Positions 19,841-28,200 of a stretch of 64,000 bases of DNA are shown piece by piece. How positions within the stretch are numbered: the stretch's first letter is position 1; the number at the start of each line of letters is the position of its first letter. Both the position numbers and the translations under genes were made by a program. The notes below the pieces were generated by a model, which did no database searches, was not told the origin of the DNA, and saw only the letters and a program-made list of their open reading frames with translations. The DNA is from Novilysobacter viscosus (lineage in GTDB: Bacteria; Pseudomonadota; Gammaproteobacteria; Xanthomonadales; Xanthomonadaceae): positions 149,980-213,979 of the forward strand of contig NZ_JBJMAV010000001.1 of the NCBI RefSeq assembly GCF_046600715.1, written 5' to 3'.

Positions 19841-20839
19841 TCAATGCCACGAGCGGTGGTAGGGGCCGAGGGTGGTCTGGTGGCCTTCGGCCTGGCTCGA
19901 CAGCGAGCGCTGCCACTGCGGATCCACGGTCCATGCATCCGGCGCGGCGGCGTGACGGTCCAGCGCGGCCCGCCATGTACGGGTTACCGCACCGACGTAG
20001 GCCACGCCCCGCTGCCTGCCTTCGATCTTCAGCGCCGCGACGCCGGCGCGGGCAAGCCGCGGCAGCAGTTCCATCGTATTGAGGCTGGTGGGCTCCTCCA
20101 GCGCATGGAAGGTCTCTCCGCCCACTTCGAACCGGCCCTTGCAGACGGTGGGATAACCGGCAGGTTCACTGGGTTCGAAGCGGTCGATCAGCACGTCATT
20201 GAGGTGCGCGGTGCGGCTGCCGTCGTCGAGCTCGTCCCAGCGGACGAACCTGGCCGGCGAGCACACCCCGTGCCGGTTGGGCGAGGCACCGGTGACGTAG
20301 CTGGACAACTGGCAGCGACCCTCGACCATGATGCACAGGCTGCCGAAGGCGAACACCTCGATGGCGACCGGCGAGCGCTGGCACAGGCGTTCGACCTGCT
20401 GGATGGACAACACGCGCGGCAGCACCGCGCGGGAAATGCCGAAGCGCTCGTAGGCGAACCGCAGCGCCGGCTCGGAGGTCGCCGAGCCTTGCACGGACAG
20501 GTGCCGCGGCAGGTCCGGATAGCGCCGTGCCGCGTAGGCCAGGATCGCGATCTCGGCGGCGATGATCGCGTCGCAGCCGAACGCGGCCGCGCGGTCGACC
20601 GCGGCCTGCCACATCGGCAGGCGCGCGCTGTCGGGATAGGTGTTGAGGGCCAGGTACACCTTGGCGCCCTTCGCATGCGCATAGCGGATGCCGGCCTGCA
20701 GCTCCTGGTCGGAGAAGTTCAGGCCGGGAAAGGCGCGGGCGTTGGTCTGGTCGCGGAAGCCGGCGTAGACCGCGTTGGCCCCGGCGTTTACGGCCGCCTG
20801 CAGTGCCGGCAGGTTGCCGGCAGGACATACCAGTTGCAT
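19841..20839 (-). CDS. ubiU: U32-family protein UbiU
   Basis: MQLVCPAGNLPALQAAVNAGANAVYAGF is a typical U32/YhbU N-terminus. Cys cluster (CIMVEGRCQLSSY, CSPARF). 332 aa. Confidence 0.75.
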   Translation of the reverse strand: MQLVCPAGNLPALQAAVNAGANAVYAGFRDQTNARAFPGLNFSDQELQAGIRYAHAKGAKVYLALNTYPDSARLPMWQAAVDRAAAFGCDAIIAAEIAILAYAARRYPDLPRHLSVQGSATSEPALRFAYERFGISRAVLPRVLSIQQVERLCQRSPVAIEVFAFGSLCIMVEGRCQLSSYVTGASPNRHGVCSPARFVRWDELDDGSRTAHLNDVLIDRFEPSEPAGYPTVCKGRFEVGGETFHALEEPTSLNTMELLPRLARAGVAALKIEGRQRGVAYVGAVTRTWRAALDRHAAAPDAWTVDPQWQRSLSSQAEGHQTTLGPYHRSWH

Positions 20840-20895
20840 GCGTGATCCCCGTCCAGTGGTGCAGGGATGGTGGCGATGAACGGCTGGCGGTGTCG

Positions 20896-20909
20896 TTGAC
20901 CTGGGTCAG
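20896..20909. promoter_or_regulatory. FNR-like box TTGACctggGTCAg upstream of ubiU
   Basis: 9/10 palindrome, about 64 bp upstream of the ubiU ATG. Same spacer sequence as the ccoN box. Confidence 0.5.
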
Positions 20910-21650
20910 GTGCCGAGGCCGTTGAGGCGTCTAGGATCGGCTGGCAGACCCCCAGGTCATCCGGAGCTACCCTTGAACGTTATCGCCCGATCTTCCCTCC
21001 TGCCGCTGCTGCTGTGTCCCGCCTTTGCGCTTGCCGCGCCGGCGCAGGACGCGCATGCGGATGCGCATCGCGAACACTCAACGCAGTCCCCGCAGTCCCC
21101 GCAGTCCCCGCAGTCCCCGCAGTCCCCGCAGTCCCCGCAGTCCGGTCATTCCGGTCATTCCGTTCATTCCGTTCATTCCGGGCATTCCGTTCATTCCGGG
21201 CATTCCGTTCATTCCGGGCATTCCGGGCATTCCGGGCATTCCGGGCATTCCGGGCGTGCAGCCGACCCTGCGCACGGGCAATCGACCGGCGGTGCAGGGA
21301 CCAGCGCCCCGCCCGACGGCGTGCGCTTCCAGGCAGACGCACCGCTGATGAAGGGCATGCGGCGCATGTCGGAACTGGTGCAAGGGCTTCAACACGGTCG
21401 ACAGGGCCATCTGGGGCCCGACCAGGTCAGGCAGCTCGCCACCGGCGTCAACCAGGCCGCCGCCGCGATGTTTGCCGAATGCCAGTTGCCTCCGGAGCCC
21501 GATGCGGCGCTGCATGGCTTGCTGGCCCGACTGATGGCCGGGGCTGGCGCGCTGGACGCCGACCCTGCCAACCTGGCGCCGCTTGATGACATGGATGCGG
21601 CGGTACGCGACTACACCCGGCTGTTCGACGACCCCGGGTTCCCGGACTGA
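20910..21650 (+). CDS. secreted His-rich tandem-repeat protein (SPQ x6, HSG/HSV x about 13) with a CpxP/Spy-like C-terminal domain
   Basis: Signal-like segment LNVIARSSLLPLLLCPAFALAAP. The true start may be TTG at about 20973 after a GGAG. Composition-biased repeats. C-terminal helical domain with an LxxDQxxQL-type motif. Confidence 0.55.
   Translation: MPRPLRRLGSAGRPPGHPELPLNVIARSSLLPLLLCPAFALAAPAQDAHADAHREHSTQSPQSPQSPQSPQSPQSPQSGHSGHSVHSVHSGHSVHSGHSVHSGHSGHSGHSGHSGRAADPAHGQSTGGAGTSAPPDGVRFQADAPLMKGMRRMSELVQGLQHGRQGHLGPDQVRQLATGVNQAAAAMFAECQLPPEPDAALHGLLARLMAGAGALDADPANLAPLDDMDAAVRDYTRLFDDPGFPD
21078..21260 (+). repeat. in-frame 9-nt tandem DNA repeats (CAGTCCCCG x6, then CATTCCGKK x about 14)
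   Basis: Direct visual repeats, period 9 nt. Confidence 0.9.
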
Positions 21651-23107
21651 ACTTCGGCCCAGAGCGCATCAACCCGGCGTTCGATGGCCGGTGCCAGCTG
21701 GATGGGCCGGCTCCACGTACGGCTGGTCTCGCCCGGCCACTTGTTGGTCGCGTCCAGGCCCAGTTTCGAGCCCAACCCGGGCCGTGGGCTGGCGAAATCC
21801 AGGTAGTCGATCGGCGTGTCGTTGACCAGCATCGAGTCGCGCGCCGGGTCGACCCGCGTCGACACCGCCCAGATCACCTGCGACCAGTCGCGCACGTCGA
21901 TGTCGTCGTCGGTGACGATCACGAACTTGGTGTAGGTGAACTGCCGCAGGTACGACCACACGCCCATCATGATGCGCCGCGCATGGCCGGCGTACTGCTT
22001 GCGGATCGACACCACCGCGATCCGGTAGGAGCAGGCTTCCGGCGGCAGGTAGAAGTCGACGATCTCCGGGAACACCTTGCGCAGGATCGGCACGAAGATG
22101 TCGTTGAGCGCCATCGCCAGCACCGATGGCTCGTCGTGGGGCGCCCGGCCCATGTAGCTGCCGTGGTAGATCGCGTCCTGCCGGAGGTGCATGCGCTCGA
22201 TGCCCAGCACCGGGAAGTGGTCGGCCGCGTTGTAATAGCCGGTGTGGTCGCCGAACGGGCCTTCCAGCGCGGTGTCGCCGGGTTGGATGACGCCTTCGAT
22301 GAGCATCTCGGCGCCGGCAGGGGCATCCAGGCCGGTGCGCTCGCTGTGCCAGAGCCGGGTGCGCTCACCCCGCAGCAGGCCCGCGAACTCGTACTCCGAC
22401 AGGGTGTCGGGCACCGGCGCCACTGCCGCGAGCATCGTGGCCGGATCGGCGCCGATGGCCACCAGCACCGGGAACGGCCGGTCGGGGTGGTCGGCGATCC
22501 AGTCGGCATGGTCCAGGGCACCACCGCGGTGCGGCAGCCAACGCATGATCACCCTGTCCGGGCCGATCACCTGCATCCGGTAGATGGCCACGTTCTGGCG
22601 CGGCTTGCGGGTGCCGCGGGTGATCACCAGGCCGAACGTGACCAGCCGCGCCGCGTCCCCGGGCCAACATTGCTGGATCGGAAGCCGCGAGAGGTCGATC
22701 TCGCTGCCGGCGAGCGTTTCGTGCCCGAACGCGGCTTCGCGTTCCCGCCTGGGGGCCACGTGTGCCAGTTGTGCCAGCTCCGGCCAGGTCGACAGGGCCT
22801 GCTTGAGGCTCGACGGCCAGCGCGGCTCCTTGATGGCCGCGAGCAGCTCGCCGAGCTCACGCAGGCTCGCCAACGGCCTCCCGGCCAGCGCCGCTTCGAT
22901 CCGGTCCCGATGGCCGAACAGGTTGCCCAGCAGCGAATGCCGCGCCCCGGTCGGGTTCTCCATGAGCAGTGCCGGCCCGCCGGCCTTGAGTGCGCGCAGG
23001 CACAGCGAAGTCGATTCAAGGTCCGGGTCCACCGGCTGCGGGACGCGGCGCAGCTGGCCCGTCGCCTCCAGGCGGGCAAGGAACGAACGCAGGTCGTGGT
23101 GGGCCAT
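21611..23107 (-). CDS. ubiD: 4-hydroxy-3-polyprenylbenzoate decarboxylase
   Basis: 498 aa, UbiD family (prFMN-dependent) motifs. Converges on the His-rich gene with a 40-nt overlap. Confidence 0.85.
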   Translation of the reverse strand: MAHHDLRSFLARLEATGQLRRVPQPVDPDLESTSLCLRALKAGGPALLMENPTGARHSLLGNLFGHRDRIEAALAGRPLASLRELGELLAAIKEPRWPSSLKQALSTWPELAQLAHVAPRREREAAFGHETLAGSEIDLSRLPIQQCWPGDAARLVTFGLVITRGTRKPRQNVAIYRMQVIGPDRVIMRWLPHRGGALDHADWIADHPDRPFPVLVAIGADPATMLAAVAPVPDTLSEYEFAGLLRGERTRLWHSERTGLDAPAGAEMLIEGVIQPGDTALEGPFGDHTGYYNAADHFPVLGIERMHLRQDAIYHGSYMGRAPHDEPSVLAMALNDIFVPILRKVFPEIVDFYLPPEACSYRIAVVSIRKQYAGHARRIMMGVWSYLRQFTYTKFVIVTDDDIDVRDWSQVIWAVSTRVDPARDSMLVNDTPIDYLDFASPRPGLGSKLGLDATNKWPGETSRTWSRPIQLAPAIERRVDALWAEVQSGNPGSSNSRV

Positions 23108-23438
23108 GGGCGGGGCGGGGCGTGGAGGGACACCGAGCCTCGCAGGTGGCGATCCGCCGTGCCCTGACGCCAGTCAAGCCGGGCGCGGGCCGGGTTGGCG
23201 GCAGCAGGCGCGCGGCCAACCGGGACGATCCGCGGACGCGGGAGCCGCACATACGTGTTCAATGGCAGTGCCGCGGCACGCTGCGCGGCGACAAGGCGTC
23301 TTGTCGAGCGACGCCCTGCCGAACCGAAGTGCACGGGCAAGGGACCGTCGCGACCCCGCCGCTCGTTGGGGTACCAGGCCGCGACTTGCGTCGCTCCTGT
23401 ATGAGCTGCGGCCGGTCCTGCCGGCCCAGCGCCGCCGG

Positions 23439-24536
23439 TCAGGTGGCGGTCGGCGCGGCGAGTCGCTTCTGCACGTCCTCGCGCATGCGGGCGAGGTCCG
23501 CCTCGGCCTGGCGGCGCTGTTCGATGCCTTCGCGGTGGATCTCGCGCACGTCCTCGACCGTCTGGATCAACTTGTCGTGGACATGCTGGAGCGTCTCCAT
23601 GTCGATCACGCCGCGCTGGTTGGCCTTGGCGGTGGCCACCGAACTCTCGTGCAGGAGGTCGGCATTGCGGCGCATGAGTTCGTTGGTGGCGTCGTCGATC
23701 GCGTTGGCCAGCTCGACCGCGTGCTTCTGCTCATTGAGCGAAAGCTGGATGGCGAAGCTGCGTTTCCATGCCGGGATGGTGATGTCGCGGACCGAGGTGA
23801 ACTTCTCGATCAGCTGCATCGCGTTGGCCTGGATCATCCGGACCATGGGCAACGACTGGTCGGCCGCGTGCTGCATCAGCAGCAGGTCCCCGACGCGCTT
23901 GTCGAGCAGGCGCAGCGCCATGTCAACCTGCTGGCGCCGGGTGCGCGAGGCGGGGTCCTCCGCGCCCTCCAGCCCGGCGCGTTCGTCGCCCAGCGCCTGC
24001 AGGCGCATCTTCCCCGCCGCGACATGCAGGCCGAGCTGGTGGCGTTCGGCCGCGACGATGTCGTGCATGCGGTCGAAATCGCGCACCCGCTTGGCCAGGT
24101 CGTCCTGCTGCCGCGTCAGGTCGCGCATCAGGTGTTCGATCTGCTCGTTGGTGGTGCTGAACTTCTGGACCAGCTCGCCCTTCGAGTCCCGCATCCTGTC
24201 CAGCAGCGGACCCACCACCGGCAGCTTGGAGCGGCCGCTGAACTTGTGCAGGTTGAGGTTGCGGGCGATGCGTACGACTTCGCCCAGCTTGTCGCCGGTC
24301 GCGTCGAGGTCGCGATTGCGGACCTGGTCGAGCAGGTCGCTGGAAAACTTCGTGGTCGCGGCCGCGACGTCGCGGCCGAAGCCCTGCACCTCGGTCGCGG
24401 GCAGCTCGGCCAGCGCGTGATGGATCGTGGACACCTGCTGCAGGTCGGCCGGAACCAGGCCAAGATTCTGCAGCGTCGCCTCATCCAGTCCCGGCGGCAG
24501 TTGCGTGGGTGCGAGGGGGGTGGTGGACTCGGTCAT
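23439..24536 (-). CDS. telA: TelA/KlaA-family toxic-anion-resistance protein
   Basis: Start MTESTTPLAP. Long coiled-coil TelA-like core (KFSSDLLDQVRNRDLDATGDKLGEVVRIARNL...). Its ATG overlaps the upstream stop (ATGA). Confidence 0.75.
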   Translation of the reverse strand: MTESTTPLAPTQLPPGLDEATLQNLGLVPADLQQVSTIHHALAELPATEVQGFGRDVAAATTKFSSDLLDQVRNRDLDATGDKLGEVVRIARNLNLHKFSGRSKLPVVGPLLDRMRDSKGELVQKFSTTNEQIEHLMRDLTRQQDDLAKRVRDFDRMHDIVAAERHQLGLHVAAGKMRLQALGDERAGLEGAEDPASRTRRQQVDMALRLLDKRVGDLLLMQHAADQSLPMVRMIQANAMQLIEKFTSVRDITIPAWKRSFAIQLSLNEQKHAVELANAIDDATNELMRRNADLLHESSVATAKANQRGVIDMETLQHVHDKLIQTVEDVREIHREGIEQRRQAEADLARMREDVQKRLAAPTAT

Positions 24537-25285
24537 GGCGATGGCTCCCTGTCGGCCGGGGTTGGATGTTGCGGAGTATGCGGTGTGGGCGCGGGCGCGG
24601 AGGCCTGGAGCGAGGCGATCAGCCGGCGCAGGGCGTGCTCGTCGTGTTCGGTCCCGCGAGGGGTGCCGGCGTTGGATCGCTTGTTGATCGCCGCCCCTGC
24701 CGCCTGCTGGTGCCACAGCGGCACGAGCAGGTCGCGTACCTGGTGGTAGCGCTCCAGTACCCGGCGGATGTGTGCGGCTTCCAGCTCCAGCTGTGCGCGG
24801 GTGGTGCGCCACGAGTCGCCGAGGGCCTGGAAGTAGTCAAGGCGACGATGGGCCGACGCGCCGGAAGCGGCGCAAGCCTCGCGGCTGCTGGTTACGAACG
24901 CGTCCATGGCGGCGATCTGCTGCTCCACCGGGACGGGTAGCGCCGCGAGGTCGGACAGATGCCGCTGGACGCGTTCTGCGTGTTCGCTGGCGTGTGCCAG
25001 GTGCACCCGCAGGCGCGCATCGGCTGCGTCCGGGTGCGCCTGGGCCACGAGGTCCCAGCCGAGCAGGCGGCCCAGGAGTCCCGCCCGGCGCCGGGTACGT
25101 TGCGCATCCGATGCGTCGATCACTTCGACGATCGCAGCCAGGTCGGCGAGCAGGCGGGCCGCCGGCGCGCGGGCGAGCAATCGGCTGATCGCCTCGAAGT
25201 CGAGACGCGATGCGATCTCGTGACCCCGGCGGTCGATCTCCCCGGGCGTGTCTGCAGCCGCGTTGCCGGCGCCGGGCGCGTTCAC
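24533..25285 (-). CDS. hypothetical 250-aa protein coupled between the giant ATPase and TelA (possibly XpaC-like)
   Basis: No recognisable motif. Helical, Ala/Arg-rich. Start and stop both overlap its neighbours. Confidence 0.55.
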   Translation of the reverse strand: MNAPGAGNAAADTPGEIDRRGHEIASRLDFEAISRLLARAPAARLLADLAAIVEVIDASDAQRTRRRAGLLGRLLGWDLVAQAHPDAADARLRVHLAHASEHAERVQRHLSDLAALPVPVEQQIAAMDAFVTSSREACAASGASAHRRLDYFQALGDSWRTTRAQLELEAAHIRRVLERYHQVRDLLVPLWHQQAAGAAINKRSNAGTPRGTEHDEHALRRLIASLQASAPAPTPHTPQHPTPADREPSP

Positions 25286-28200
25286 CGAGCCGCCGGTGCG
25301 TCCGCAAGGCCGGCATGCAGGCGCGCAAGGGCCTCATCGAGCCGGCGCTCCTCAGGTGTCGGAGTGTGCGGCGCGCGGCCGGTCGGAGGCCGGGCCGTCA
25401 TGCGGGCACGGATCGCGCTGGCCAGGTGGAGCATCGCGTTGCTCAGCTGGTCCTGGTGGCCCTGGCTTGAATGGATGGCGGCGACCAGAGGCTGGATTGC
25501 AGTCTTGACCAGCGCGTCGACGTCGTCCGTTCCGGGGCGCGGCGCGTCCACGCGGCGGTCAGCGACCACCCGCTCCAGCAGTGCCAGGGCGTCTTTCCAG
25601 GGCGGCGACTCGGACGCCGCCGGGGCATCGCCCGCCGGGCCGGCGACGGCACTACCCATCGCCTGCAGCCCACCGGCGATGTCGGCCAGCTGCGCCACCA
25701 CCCGGCCGCCGACGTCCGCGTCCTCGGCGCCCATCGCCTTGTTGCGCAGGAAGTCGTGCTTGATCTGCGCCCAGCGGGCCTGCTCGGTGGCGGTCAGCAC
25801 GCCGCGCAGCTCCTTGAGCTTGAGCAGGTTCTCCTCGGCACCGACGGTCAGAAGTTGCGCTTCGCCCTGGTAGTGGTCGCTGATCAGTTGCTGCAATTCA
25901 CCCTCGTTCATCACCGGCGAAATCTTCTCGACCAGCTTGTTCATGTTGCGATAGCTGCCCTGCAGCTTGAACGCCGGTTCGGTACGGTACTTGTCGGCCT
26001 GCGCGGCGGATGCGATGTACTGCTGGTTCACGCGGTACACGACATCGCGCACCTTCATGACCCGGACCAGGGTTTCGACGAACTCGTTGATCTCCGCCGC
26101 ACTGTAGGCATGGGACAGGTCGGTCGCCGAAACCTGCTCGCCCCGCGCCTTGTCGACGAGGCGATGGAGGTCGGCCAGGTCGCGCGTTGCAAGCGGCGCG
26201 AGCAGCGGACTGGAGGTCAGGCTGTTCTCGACGTAGCTCAGGGTGAAGGTGTCTTCCACCCCGCCCAGGACATCGCCCAGGTTGTAGATGTCGGCGCGGT
26301 TGGCCAGCATGTCGGGGATCTTGAACACTTCGCCCGACTCGGTGTACGGGTTTCCCGCCATGACCACGCAGAACTTCTTGCCGCGCATGTCGTAGGTGCG
26401 CGTCCGCCCCTTCCAGACGCCCTCGACGCGGCGCGTGCCATCGCATAGGGAGATGAACTTCTGCAGGAACTCGGGGTGCGTGTGCTGGATGTCGTCGACA
26501 TAGAGCATCACGTTGTTGCCCATCTCGAAGGCGAGGTTGAGCTTCTCCAGCTCCTGTCGCGACGTGGCGTCCGGCGCCTGCGCGGGGTCGACCGAACGGA
26601 CCTCGTGCCCCAGCGCGGGCCCGTTGATCTTCATGAAGACCAGGCCCAGCCGGCTTGCCACGTACTCCATGAGCGTCGTCTTGCCGTAGCCGGGGGGCGA
26701 AATCATCATCAGCAGGCCCATAAGGTCGCTGCGCTTGCCTTCCCCTGCGGTACCCATCTGCTTGGCGAGGTTGTCGCCGATGATCGGAAGGTAGACCTCG
26801 TTGATCAGCTTGTTGCGCACGAACGAGGACAGCGGACGCGCCTGGAATTCACCCAGCCGAAGCGCGGTGCGCTCGCGTGCGGCGACTTCGTTGCGCACCT
26901 GGTGGTAGCGCCGGAACCCGGGAACGAACCGTTCGCGGTGCACGCGCAGACGGGCGAGCAGGTCGTCGACGGCCAGCTCCATGCGCCCGTCTGAAATCCG
27001 CGGGTGATCGCCCAGCAAGCCCTCGACCGTGGTGGTGAGGGCCACCGGGTGGTCGCGGAACGAGAGCGCATCCCGCGCCAGGATCCATGCGGCGGACTCG
27101 GGGACGTACGGCGCCATCGCCGCCGCCGCCGGGGTGTTGCACAGTGCCTGGAGCCAGTGCAGGACGTGCTGCCAGCGGGCGTCGGGACGGTCCTCGAGCA
27201 GGTCCAAGGTGTGCTGGAAGGGCGCCTGCAAGCTCGCGCTGGCCAAGCGGGACTCCAGCATTTCGGCCAGTTCACGGCCCTGTCGCGAGAGCACCAGGCC
27301 CGGTTCGCCGCTGGTGAGGTGGTCGGACAGGAAGTCGGCGGCAGCCCTTGCGCAGGAGGCGTCGAATGGCAGCCCCCGCTCCTGCGCGAACCCGGCCAGT
27401 CGCGTGGCCATGTCGGCGCGCAAGGCGTCCAGGCTGTCGCGCGATCCGAACAGCCGGTGCATGGCCAACGCACCGGCGGCACGCGGCTCCCATTGGGCTA
27501 CGTCCGCATCGTCGCCGTGCGATGCCAGCAGCAGGGTCGCCAGTGCACGCGGCGCGGGGGCGTGGATTAGGTTGCCTGCGACGTCGCGCTGGGCCAGGAA
27601 GGCCCGGAGGATGAGTGCGGCGTCATGGTCGTGGATGCCCCGCTCGTAGCCATCGCGGTAGCGGGGCGCGGCGAACTCACGAACCGCCCGGGCGAGGGCG
27701 TCGGGGTCGCTCGCCAATTTCTGCAGCGTCTCATCGTCAAGCCCGTCGCTACCGGCCGAGGCCGCTGCGACCAGCTCGCCTGCGAGGTACTCCGCGCGGT
27801 ACAGCGCCGGTGATTCCGACTCCAGCCCCAGCTGCCAGTACTCACGCAGCTCCGCCAGCCTGGCGTCTTCGATGGGCTCCATGAAATCGGTGCCGGTCAG
27901 GTGCAGGGCCAGCCGGTCACCGCGCGGCAGGATAGTGAGGTCCAGCGGCTGGGTGTTCACGCTGAAGCGGTGGCGGCCCAGCCGGATGACCTGGCCGTCG
28001 CCCTCGAACAGATCCACGCGATCACGCAGTGCGCGCACGGCCTGGTCGCGCGCGCCCTTCAGCCGGGCTTCGACGTCATCGGCCTTCACCGAGTCCTTCA
28101 GTGAGCGCAGCCGCTCGGCGAGTTCGCGGACCTTGAGGATCAAGGGATCCCCGGCAAAGAAGGCGTTGAGTTCGTCGGGACTGGAGAACTTTTCGGTGCG

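Noticed and set aside
21078-21260. Possible CRISPR-like array
   Set aside because: The units are 9 nt, directly tandem with no spacers, and in-frame coding, so this is not CRISPR.
21014-21586. Alternative-frame ORFs (PAVPAVP... / FRSFRSF...) across the tandem repeat
   Set aside because: They are frame artefacts of the 9-nt repeat. The SPQ/HSG frame is the one continuous with the signal peptide and the C-terminal domain.
23285-23310. Palindrome GACAAGgcgtCTTGTC between telA and ubiD
   Set aside because: It has no T-run for a terminator and no obvious promoter context. It could be a minor operator, but the evidence is weak.
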